Below are positions 50,866-59,109 of a stretch of 64,000 nucleotides of DNA, one piece after another. A program made the translations under genes and the position numbers. Position 1 is the stretch's first letter. Every line of letters begins with the position of its first letter. The notes beneath the pieces were generated by a model. The model had not been told where the DNA came from. It worked only from the letters and a program-made list of their open reading frames with translations, and made no database searches. Source of the stretch: Candidatus Kerfeldbacteria bacterium (GTDB lineage Bacteria > Patescibacteriota > Patescibacteriia > SBBC01 > CAIJZX01). The DNA lies in contig CAVSWO010000002.1 in NCBI GenBank assembly GCA_963731735.1, positions 128,529 through 192,528 on the forward strand, given 5' to 3'.

Positions 50866-51938
50866 ATACCGTATTGGGTAGGTGACAAGTCATAGGTTTT
50901 ACAAAGAGTTCGTGGGCCCAGCAATTGACATTGATCGCCAAATCCCGCGAGAGCACAATATGCATTTGAACCACACGTGTCCTTCGTCCCATAGACGGGC
51001 GCATCTCCAAGGTTAACGACTTTCCCACAATCCAGGTTGCTATCAAAGAAAAGTTGGAATTGTGGGGTGCCAGCCTTGATGCATATAGCTACATTACTGA
51101 AAACCTGATCCGTTCCGTTGGTAGGAACACAGTTGCCGGTGTAACGCCCAGTTATATTACAGACTTTTCCCGCAACTGGACAGCTCACGCCCAGACATGG
51201 GTTCCCCTTCCCGTCATCGCTGAGCGAACCACAACTGGTGGTATCTGTACAAGCCGGGAGTGTATTTGGATCAAGCGGAACTTGATTACATGTCCCCTCC
51301 CATTCATTGCTCAAGTCCTTGGCACTATAGCTGTAGCAAGTATTCGTATCTTTGAGTTGGCAGCAGATACCTTTGACGATGTTGGCGGCACACGACGGTT
51401 TCCCCGGATTAACCAGGGTTTTGGCCCCTCCGTAACAGGCACCCGACGAAACCTGCGTCATGCCGGTTGGGCAGGTCAGATTTTCAAAACATTTGTAGGC
51501 ATCATTGTACGTCGCAAATCCGGGTTTTACTTGTTGGGCTTGCTTGATCTCCGGTAACCCCAAGCTTGTGAATTGCGGACTAATTAAGTTCAACAGCACG
51601 ACCGAGACCAGTGCAATAATTATCCCGATGATCGCATTATTAATAATATCGCGCGCTTGCGCGACTTGGCCGGGATTGCCGCTGGCGGTAACCCAACGAA
51701 TGCCGCCGAAGATAACCATCACGGTCGCAATGATGCCAACCACCCAGACAAAGTACGTGTAAATTACTTTGACGTAGGTGCCGATAAAATCATCATTCAC
51801 TTCCTGCGGTCCGGTAAATCCCGGCAGACTGACTTCGGGAGTAAAGGTGACGCCGCTGGACGTGGTAGCCGCCACGGCTGGCGTCACGGCTGTCAGCCCC
51901 GCTCCAACCATCAGCAAACTAAACAAGAGCCGCTTCAT
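50862..51938 (-). CDS. Secreted/membrane protein with pilin-like two-helix module and Cys-rich C-terminal domain
   Basis: 358 aa; signal peptide; module VTFTPEVSLPGF...FVWVVGIIATVMVIFGGIRWVTASGNPGQVAQARDIINNAIIGIIIALVSVVLLNLISPQF is homologous to the module in the 1006-aa protein. Confidence 0.6.
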   Translation of the reverse strand: MKRLLFSLLMVGAGLTAVTPAVAATTSSGVTFTPEVSLPGFTGPQEVNDDFIGTYVKVIYTYFVWVVGIIATVMVIFGGIRWVTASGNPGQVAQARDIINNAIIGIIIALVSVVLLNLISPQFTSLGLPEIKQAQQVKPGFATYNDAYKCFENLTCPTGMTQVSSGACYGGAKTLVNPGKPSCAANIVKGICCQLKDTNTCYSYSAKDLSNEWEGTCNQVPLDPNTLPACTDTTSCGSLSDDGKGNPCLGVSCPVAGKVCNITGRYTGNCVPTNGTDQVFSNVAICIKAGTPQFQLFFDSNLDCGKVVNLGDAPVYGTKDTCGSNAYCALAGFGDQCQLLGPRTLCKTYDLSPTQYGI

Positions 51939-52624
51939 TGGGTTAAGAGTGATCCAAAGCTCTTGAGTAAGTCCGCTAGCGCACCTAATCCCAGTTGGGC
52001 AAAATCAAGCGGATGGAATATGAAGTACAAAATGAAAATGATCAGACCCCAAAGAATGCCGGTAATGAGGCTAATAAACACAACTTTGCTGGTCCGGTAG
52101 ACCGCCTCCGCCGCCGAAAAGCTTGGCACGAGCGGCACGTGCAAATCGCGCGCGGCATCCATGCCCGGCGGCAAGGGAACGTTCGACGGAACGCCGATTT
52201 GGCTGATACCGTTTAGCCAGTGGCCGCCCACCCAGCGGATCAGAAAAAGCGCGATGACCACTGGTCCAATGACTATTGATAAAAGTCCAAAAAATTGAAA
52301 CGAGAGATCCTCGACCACCTCGTGGACCGTCTGCCAGGCCCGACGCCAGGCTTGGAGTGCGATTTGGTTGGCTTCCGCCACTGCCGTTTCCGGATTGAGT
52401 GACAGGCCTTTCCGCCGTACGCTTTGCAGCGCTCGCAGTCGGGCTGCCCGTTGGAGACGATTGCCTTCACCCGGCGCACTCAACGCCTCTGGTTGCTCGG
52501 CCAAGGTTCCTGGCACCGGCTGGCCGGATCGCTGAGCATCAAATCGCTCCTGCCGGGCTCGATTTAGTCGGTAGGCGCGATCGGCTTGGATATTGGCGCG
52601 TTCAACTGCGGTAGCTTCGGCCAT
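51935..52624 (-). CDS. Hypothetical membrane protein in the T4SS cluster
   Basis: 229 aa; basic/Ala-rich N-terminal region, then 3-4 TM helices. Confidence 0.45.
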   Translation of the reverse strand: MAEATAVERANIQADRAYRLNRARQERFDAQRSGQPVPGTLAEQPEALSAPGEGNRLQRAARLRALQSVRRKGLSLNPETAVAEANQIALQAWRRAWQTVHEVVEDLSFQFFGLLSIVIGPVVIALFLIRWVGGHWLNGISQIGVPSNVPLPPGMDAARDLHVPLVPSFSAAEAVYRTSKVVFISLITGILWGLIIFILYFIFHPLDFAQLGLGALADLLKSFGSLLTQ

Positions 52625-52627
52625 AAT

Positions 52628-53185
52628 TTATGTTGCTTCCCACGACGCCGCGTTAATTTTCCATTCGTCGCTCTGTTTGACTAGGTCCAGAAAGAGTTTT
52701 TGGGTCTTGACGGTTTCATCAGTCCCAGTGGTTTCAACCCGTTGCGTGTCGACGGTCACGGCCGCGTTGCCAGATGTTTGATTGGTAATCGAAATCACAA
52801 TCACTTTAGTGGTCAGGGCGTGATAGGGCGTGATAGTTTGGTTGATCCGACCCTGGGAAATAGTTCGATCAAGAAAGCTGTTAAAGTTACTGGTCCCCCA
52901 GTTTTTACTGGCTTCCAAGTTGGCGAAATTATTTTGGTTGCTTTCGTTGCCGTACTCTTCGGTAAAGTTTCGAGCCACGTATCGAATCGCCACCGCGTCC
53001 GGATCTTCCGCTTGGTTGGTGTTCAGATTGGTATTTATGACTTCCACGTTGGCTGAGTTCGTGTTGGCAATTTTTTCGACCGCGTTCTGAAGGCTTGGAT
53101 TACGATCCACGAGAAATAACACGATGATAGCCGGAATAATGAGTACGGCCAGCGCGATTGAGATAATCAGAAGTCGACGTGACAT
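52628..53185 (-). CDS. Membrane-anchored protein, possibly VirB8/PrgL-like
   Basis: 185 aa; N-terminal TM followed by a soluble domain; sits immediately downstream of VirB4. Assignment is by position and topology only. Confidence 0.35.
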   Translation of the reverse strand: MSRRLLIISIALAVLIIPAIIVLFLVDRNPSLQNAVEKIANTNSANVEVINTNLNTNQAEDPDAVAIRYVARNFTEEYGNESNQNNFANLEASKNWGTSNFNSFLDRTISQGRINQTITPYHALTTKVIVISITNQTSGNAAVTVDTQRVETTGTDETVKTQKLFLDLVKQSDEWKINAASWEAT

Positions 53186-53188
53186 AAA

Positions 53189-55135
53189 TTAGGCGTTAAT
53201 ATCTTCCGGACTCGAGACGGCCGTACCAACATTGGTGGCCGTTCCGCTGGCAATTGATTGCTCAAACTCCTTTTTCGAACGCTCAATTTCAAGCAATTGG
53301 GCGGGGTTGGTAGTCACGATTTGGTCCTCACTGTACGATGCCACGACTTTGATGGCCGCGTGTTTTGGTCCGGCGAAGAAGATACCTTCGCCGACTCCGG
53401 CTTCAAGCAGCAGGTAGCGCTCTTGTTGAGTCAACAGGAAGGTCTTGGCGACGATATCAATTGAAGCCGGCGACTGTTTCATCAACAACGTTAGGGCTGA
53501 GTTGTTGATAATGGCTTGTCCGTACGGCGACAGTAAGAAGTCATTGACGTCCTGGGTGATGGTCGTCACGCCCAGGTAATATTTACGCGAACGTTTGACC
53601 AGGCCGAAAATAAACTTGGCCGAGTCTTCGTGCTGCATTAACCACCAGGCTTCATCAATCACCAGGATACGTTTTTTGAGACTCGAACGCGCCACGTTCC
53701 AGATGTAGCTGACCACAATCGAAATCCCGACCGGCCGTAATTCATCTTCCAGATCTCGGACCGAGAACACTACCAGCTGGTTCGTCAATTCGACGTTGGT
53801 CGGACTGTTAAACAAACCGGCGAAGGTTCCTTGGGTAAACTTTTTTAAACGCTCCGCCATCCGTTCTCCACCCGTCATGCCGCCCAGCACTTCTTCAAAA
53901 TCCGACATCACCGGCACTTCAATATTCTGGAGATCGGCATCGGGGGTAATATCTTTCTTGGCATATGTTTCCAGCAGCGCCCGATCCAGGATTGAATCTT
54001 CCTCGTGGGTCATGTCACCCAGCATCAACCGGAACATAGATTTCAACGTGATGACCGCCGAGCGAATAATATCGGCCGTACTTTCGTCGCTGCTAATGGG
54101 TTTCGGCAGATCGAAGGGATTAATTTTACTATCTGAATTGAGTGAAATGTTAATATAGGTGCCGCCGACCGCGTCCGACAGATATTTATATTCGTGCTCC
54201 GGGTCAATAATGATGATGTCCGTTCCGAACATCATGCTGCGCAAAATTTCCAGCTTGACTGCGTAGGATTTACCGGAGCCGGCCGTCGCAAAGACGGTAT
54301 AATTCGCGTTCTGGAGCGAGAATCGATCAAATAGAATCAGCGAGTTATTGTGTCGGTTAATCCCATATAAAATGCCGTTGTCGCTCGACAGGTCGGCGGA
54401 CACAAACGGGAAACTCGAGGCGATCGGCGACGAATTCATATTGAAGGTCACCTGGAGTTGGTCCATGCCAATCGGCAAGGTTGAGGCGTATCCTTGTTCG
54501 GTTTGGAAGAAGGCGCGTTTCGAATATACCAGTTTCGAGCCGAATAAGGCTTCAACTTGGCTGGTTACTTCATCCAATTGCTTCTGCGTATCGGCGTACA
54601 GCGTGACATACAACGCGAATTGGAAAAATTTCTCCGTGCCCTGGGTTAAATCATCGCGCAGTTTTTCAATGTCGCGGAGGGCCGTTTCGCGCACCGGATC
54701 GCGCGGCGCGCCTTTTTGAATATCGGCTGAGAGCTGGGCTTCCAGCGCGCCAACTTTGTTCTTGAGTTGCTTTAAGATCAAATCCGAGGGGATCGGATAG
54801 AAAAACATGGATATATCCAGCGGGGCGTTAAAGTTGATGATCGGCGCAAACCAGCCGACCGCGATATACCGCGGATAGGTCACGACAAATAATGTTCGCA
54901 GGAATTGGCCGTTCAGGCGCAGGGTATTCGGATCAACCTTGAGTGCCGCCGGTGCGATCAGGTCACGGACCGTAACCACTCCGCGACGATAAATCCGCTC
55001 GGCTTCAATTAGTTCTTTTTCATCGGCCGGGTGCGGAAGCTCGCGACGCGGTGATTGCCGGTCGTCCTGGAAAATTTTCGGGCTCGAAAGGTTGATATCA
55101 GGCATTGCGGTCGTCTCCTTTAGATTTTTCATCAT
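53189..55135 (-). CDS. VirB4/TrbE/PrgJ-family T4SS ATPase, C-terminal ATPase portion
   Basis: 648 aa; Walker A FATAGSGKSYAV, Walker B VIDEAWWLM. Confidence 0.75.
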   Translation of the reverse strand: MMKNLKETTAMPDINLSSPKIFQDDRQSPRRELPHPADEKELIEAERIYRRGVVTVRDLIAPAALKVDPNTLRLNGQFLRTLFVVTYPRYIAVGWFAPIINFNAPLDISMFFYPIPSDLILKQLKNKVGALEAQLSADIQKGAPRDPVRETALRDIEKLRDDLTQGTEKFFQFALYVTLYADTQKQLDEVTSQVEALFGSKLVYSKRAFFQTEQGYASTLPIGMDQLQVTFNMNSSPIASSFPFVSADLSSDNGILYGINRHNNSLILFDRFSLQNANYTVFATAGSGKSYAVKLEILRSMMFGTDIIIIDPEHEYKYLSDAVGGTYINISLNSDSKINPFDLPKPISSDESTADIIRSAVITLKSMFRLMLGDMTHEEDSILDRALLETYAKKDITPDADLQNIEVPVMSDFEEVLGGMTGGERMAERLKKFTQGTFAGLFNSPTNVELTNQLVVFSVRDLEDELRPVGISIVVSYIWNVARSSLKKRILVIDEAWWLMQHEDSAKFIFGLVKRSRKYYLGVTTITQDVNDFLLSPYGQAIINNSALTLLMKQSPASIDIVAKTFLLTQQERYLLLEAGVGEGIFFAGPKHAAIKVVASYSEDQIVTTNPAQLLEIERSKKEFEQSIASGTATNVGTAVSSPEDINA

Positions 55136-55847
55136 CCTTCAAACTTGATACTTCTTCGAGTGACATGGCTTTGACTGACTGCAGTTTTTGCTGGCGCGAA
55201 GTTTCCGGATTGTATGAATTGTAATACAACTCGATCAAACTTTGGGTATCGAGAATAATTGATTTGAGCCCGGCCGAATCCAGGGCATTCATAGTTCCAT
55301 CCACCCGTTTATACAGTTCCCGCCGGTAATCTTCGAATTGTTTTTGCTTGAGGTGAATTGTTGACGTCGGTGAAAAAACGTCAATCACTTTTGAAAAGAA
55401 TTTCGCCGGCCGGTCGATTTTCGGTGAATACGGAATCACCAGGTAAAAACGCTTGGTCATAATATCGGCAATTTGGACCAGTTCGCCCACAAATTGTCGA
55501 TAGTCCTGGGTTTGCATCCGCAGGAGTTCGTTGGTTTGTTTCTTCTCAACATCCTTGAGTTGGTCCAAGTAGGCGTCAATATCGAGTCGGCGCGATTGGA
55601 CGACAATTTGGAGCGGAAAATCAATGGTGTTTAAGAATTGGGTATAGGCGCCAATCACCGCGTCCTGCTCTTCTTCGGATTTGAGCGAGAAGTTAATTGA
55701 GGACACCAGCAACACAGCCCGCAAAGTTCCGTCGCGCAGCACCACCGTATCATCCCGAATTTCCAAAATATCAAGATACTGCTGCGTCGAGGGAGCCGAT
55801 TTTGTCCGGCGGGTAGTCTTTTCCTTTTTGGTGTCCTGGTCGGCCAT
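55098..55847 (-). CDS. VirB4 N-terminal domain as a separate ORF (start taken at Met MADQD...)
   Basis: DGTLRAVLLVSSINFSLKSEEEQDAVIGAYTQFLNTIDFPLQIVVQS resembles the VirB4 N-terminal region. It overlaps the ATPase ORF by 38 nt in another frame. Confidence 0.5.
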   Translation of the reverse strand: MADQDTKKEKTTRRTKSAPSTQQYLDILEIRDDTVVLRDGTLRAVLLVSSINFSLKSEEEQDAVIGAYTQFLNTIDFPLQIVVQSRRLDIDAYLDQLKDVEKKQTNELLRMQTQDYRQFVGELVQIADIMTKRFYLVIPYSPKIDRPAKFFSKVIDVFSPTSTIHLKQKQFEDYRRELYKRVDGTMNALDSAGLKSIILDTQSLIELYYNSYNPETSRQQKLQSVKAMSLEEVSSLKDDEKSKGDDRNA

Positions 55848-55851
55848 GGGC

Positions 55852-56352
55852 TTATCGGTTATCGAATGGATTGGCTGGTTCGGGTTGTTTTGGAAGCGAT
55901 TGGCCCCAATACAACAATTCTTCGTCTTCATGATAGGCGCCGCCGGTATCGACCAGCAATGATAATTGCGCCAACTTCGTTTCGCTTAAGGGTTGCTTAG
56001 AAGGAATTGGAGGCGGTGGCGGCGGTTCACGTCGATACTGAATTCGTTCGCCCAATTGATTGTTCCACAGGCGGAGGCGCGGATTCTTGAGTGATTGCAA
56101 AAGATTCAGCAGGAACAAATGGAATGGCCGGCCGTTTACCCGAACAAACGCGAATGAAACCATGGCCACTAAAATCCCAAACCCGGTAAATAGGAATGGT
56201 CCGGTTTGATTGGCCAGGCGAACCATCAGTTGATACGACCCGACCAAAAGCCCGACACCGACTAAAATGATGATAAACTGCCGAACCGTGACCGGACCGA
56301 TCACTTTGTCTTCGACTTCGATAAATTGTGGGACGACGTATTGTTGGGGCAT
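55852..56352 (-). CDS. Small two-TM protein, VirB3/PrgI-like
   Basis: 166 aa; two hydrophobic helices (FIIILVGVGLLVGSY, FLFTGFGILVAMVSFAFV); immediately upstream of VirB4, as in Gram-positive T4SS loci. Confidence 0.4.
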   Translation of the reverse strand: MPQQYVVPQFIEVEDKVIGPVTVRQFIIILVGVGLLVGSYQLMVRLANQTGPFLFTGFGILVAMVSFAFVRVNGRPFHLFLLNLLQSLKNPRLRLWNNQLGERIQYRREPPPPPPIPSKQPLSETKLAQLSLLVDTGGAYHEDEELLYWGQSLPKQPEPANPFDNR

Positions 56353-56356
56353 GGTA

Positions 56357-57250
56357 TTAGGCGTGCACGCGACGATTTAAGTCAGCCAGCGAAGCAAATT
56401 CATGTTCGGATAAATAGGGTTGATTGTCTTTAGCGCGGCGACGAATAACTTCACTGATCGGGATGTTGTCATCAAGACTTTGTCGTCCCATGGCCAAGTA
56501 CAGTTGATAGACTGAGCTTTGACGCCAACCCGCAACCGCTTCCGCCCAGAGTCGAAACGATTCGTGTTTGAGATGCTCAAATGTTTCAAAGAGGTGTTTG
56601 GTTGAATCAGTGGCGCCTTGACCCAGGCGTCGAAATTCAGCCACCGACATGCTTTTGAGTTCTTCGGCCGGACCCAGTGTCCGGGATGGTTGGGTGATGT
56701 CGGCAACTTTGGGTCGATCGCTCCCCCGACTCCGTGGCCAGGACGGACTTGACTTGACCGTTGGCGGCGGTTGTTGCGGCACGGGCTTAGCCGGTGGCGG
56801 GGCCGGGATATCCGGCGGCCGCACGATCGGCCGGCTAGGTCGCGGCGCTTCAGTCACCGACGGCATCGGTGACTTGGGCGGAGTTTGATCGGTCGACGGG
56901 AATACTCGCGTGAGCGGCGGTTTCGGCGCCGGGTGTTCAGCTTGGACAGTCGGAACTTTGGGGGGCGGCGGGGCCGGAATCGGTTCGGGCTTGGCTACCA
57001 TACCGCGACTCTTGAGCTGCTTGGCCTGTTCGGTCAGGCTGGCCACGACCTGCTCGGCCAAATCGCGATCTAAACCGAGGCCGCCAATTTTCGGATCACG
57101 CGCCATGACGTCAATTGTTTGGTCAGACGTCCGAATATCTTTCAATCGGCTTTTGAAAATCGCGTGCGCCCGCTTCGTTAAAAATTCATCCGGAAAAGCG
57201 AGTTGGTGCTGCTGAATGATTTGCTCAGCAATCGCATCGAGATCCTTGGG
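56357..57250 (-). CDS. C-terminal domain of a proline-rich T4SS-cluster protein (reading frame upstream of about 57250 is unreliable)
   Basis: ORF 56357..57535. Protein-like sequence (DLDAIAEQIIQQHQLAFPDEF...) only in the 3' two-thirds; the 5' part is an Arg-rich out-of-frame reading of a Pro-rich tract. Confidence 0.4.
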   Translation of the reverse strand, partial: PKDLDAIAEQIIQQHQLAFPDEFLTKRAHAIFKSRLKDIRTSDQTIDVMARDPKIGGLGLDRDLAEQVVASLTEQAKQLKSRGMVAKPEPIPAPPPPKVPTVQAEHPAPKPPLTRVFPSTDQTPPKSPMPSVTEAPRPSRPIVRPPDIPAPPPAKPVPQQPPPTVKSSPSWPRSRGSDRPKVADITQPSRTLGPAEELKSMSVAEFRRLGQGATDSTKHLFETFEHLKHESFRLWAEAVAGWRQSSVYQLYLAMGRQSLDDNIPISEVIRRRAKDNQPYLSEHEFASLADLNRRVHA

Positions 57251-57501
57251 AGCCTGCGTTGCTGTCGCTAAATGTTGTAAGTTTTTTGGCTTGGGCTTCA
57301 ATTTCTTTGGCGTCTTCTTCTGAATATGCCTGGGTCGGGGCTTTGGCGCCAATCGGGGCTTCCGGGGTGGCCATCGCCGGAACTTTCGGCGGCGGGGGTA
57401 GTGGCGGTGAGCTCGCAACGGATTGGGGCGGCGGGGTCGGTTTGATTTTTGGGGCGGCGGGAACCGTCGGTGTCTGGACTGGTTGCGATTGTCCGAGTGG
57501 T

Positions 57502-57909
57502 TTAAGCTTCGGCGCGACGGTCGGTTTTTTGGCAATTGGCAAGTTCGGTGGTGCCGCGGGACGCGGCGGATTGTTGACGGCGCTGGGAGGCGTTACTTTT
57601 GTGGCCGCCCCGGCTGGCGGCTCGAGATTTTTCGCCTAAATATTCGCTGACCTGGCCGAATACGCTTTTGCGAAGCTCAGCGACGACGGCGTCCGCCTGC
57701 GGCGGGGCAAGTTCAGCCTCGCGTTGGATTGCTTCAGACAGCGTCGCCAGCGGAATTTCCTTCACCATCACTCGCATTACAAAACCGGCCACGTCGAGTT
57801 GCGGGTAGGTTGCCTCAAGCTTGTCAACGGCCGCTAAGGCTCTCGAGGAAGCGACGGTATCGCGAATCGAACGGGGCAACTGATGAAATTGTTGCCAAAT
57901 ATCAGCCAT
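57502..57909 (-). CDS. N-terminal domain ORF of the same proline-rich protein (probably one gene split by frameshifts in the Pro-rich linker)
   Basis: 135 aa; MADIWQQFHQLPRSIRD.... It is followed by overlapping ORF 57225..57542, which encodes a plausible Pro-rich linker (PKLKPLGQSQPVQTPTVPAAPKIKPTPPP). Confidence 0.4.
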   Translation of the reverse strand: MADIWQQFHQLPRSIRDTVASSRALAAVDKLEATYPQLDVAGFVMRVMVKEIPLATLSEAIQREAELAPPQADAVVAELRKSVFGQVSEYLGEKSRAASRGGHKSNASQRRQQSAASRGTTELANCQKTDRRAEA

Positions 57910-58083
57910 CTCGTTAGCGTTTTGGAGAATAAGAAAAAATGCCCAGCGATAAAATCACCGGGGTTGGGAATTTCTTGGGAAAACTTTGATATTCAATCTC
58001 TAACGAGAACATGAAGTGTTTGTTTGAGTGGATTTATTATAGCACAAACCCACCCGGACCGCAAAGCCTGAAAGTGGAAAAAA

Positions 58084-58377
58084 TTACTGGAAATATTGCT
58101 GGATTCGCTCGCTTTCGGCTTCGACCGTCGAACCATCATATTCCCCCGCATGACGCGATGTGCCGGAATAAGAGGGTTGTTTCTGGTCGAGGTGGAGATT
58201 CAGACGAACCCTTTCCCCTTCCTCCTGGAGATAGACATGAAATCGCGGGTAGGCGTAGCTGCTCAGCCGACGAACGTACGAAATATCTCCGGATCGCGGA
58301 TCACGTATCATTGAATAACCCGCCCGTTGGAGTGTCAGGCGGGCTGGTTGAGCCAAGCGGCGAAGGCGCAGGATCAC
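58084..58377 (-). CDS. Small hypothetical protein
   Basis: 97 aa; protein-like composition (YPRFHVYLQEEGERVRLNLHLDQKQPSYSG...); overlaps the upstream gene by 4 nt. Confidence 0.4.
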   Translation of the reverse strand: MILRLRRLAQPARLTLQRAGYSMIRDPRSGDISYVRRLSSYAYPRFHVYLQEEGERVRLNLHLDQKQPSYSGTSRHAGEYDGSTVEAESERIQQYFQ

Positions 58378-59108
58378 GCCGGCAGCTGGTCAGTTTGTTT
58401 GAGGATGCGCCGAATCTTCCGTTTGAGCGCGTTGAGTTCAAACGGGTTGAGATCTTGGGTATTGACGGCATAACTAACGGCATCCAGGTCCTGCATTAGA
58501 CGCTCGCCATCAGGCTGCAGCAATTCACCGCTTTTCATGGCTGCTTCGACTTGGCTGGATAATCCGGTTAAACGGAGGAGGATGTCAGCCTTGCCGCGTA
58601 GGGTCGCAGCCTTGGTATCAAAGTCACGGAGCAACGGATGCGCATCTTCATCGAAGGCGACCGATGGTTCTATTGAATCCGCCGTGGCTGCTGCCGCAGC
58701 TGCGTTCGGTTCAGGTTGCGGGGCATAGACTTCCGGAAAGTTTTTTTGGGCTTCAGCTAAGGCCGCGACCGGGTCTCCGCCCAGGTTCTTGATCGTTGAT
58801 TGAATGTCACCCAGGTACCATTCCATTGGCAGCATGATCCGGCTTAAAATTTCACGCGTTAAGTTTTTTGCGTGATCAGTATCAGTATGAAGTTCATTTT
58901 GAATCTGTGTTTGTAATTGTTCGGGAGTAAATTCTTGCGCCACCAAGCTGGCTTCCAACCGGACCATCTTACGTTGCTGATCATCACTTAGTTTGTACTG
59001 CTTGCTAAGCGCTATGTTTATATCAGACAACTCTCGGTGGGCCAGCACTTCCTTTAAGAGCGGGGGAAATTCGAGATAGAGTTTGTAGTAAGCTTTTGGA
59101 CTGACCAT
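58374..59108 (-). CDS. Hypothetical protein in the T4SS cluster
   Basis: 244 aa; mostly alpha-helical-looking; starts 2 nt after the TrbL-like gene stop. Confidence 0.45.
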   Translation of the reverse strand: MVSPKAYYKLYLEFPPLLKEVLAHRELSDINIALSKQYKLSDDQQRKMVRLEASLVAQEFTPEQLQTQIQNELHTDTDHAKNLTREILSRIMLPMEWYLGDIQSTIKNLGGDPVAALAEAQKNFPEVYAPQPEPNAAAAAATADSIEPSVAFDEDAHPLLRDFDTKAATLRGKADILLRLTGLSSQVEAAMKSGELLQPDGERLMQDLDAVSYAVNTQDLNPFELNALKRKIRRILKQTDQLPA

Positions 59109-59109
59109 A

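Noticed and set aside
56649-57650. Plus-strand Gly-rich ORFs (56649..56888, 56910..57215, 57259..57639) opposite the Pro-rich gene
   Set aside because: Mirror images of the Pro-rich coding tract (the complement of CCN codons gives Gly); not independent genes.
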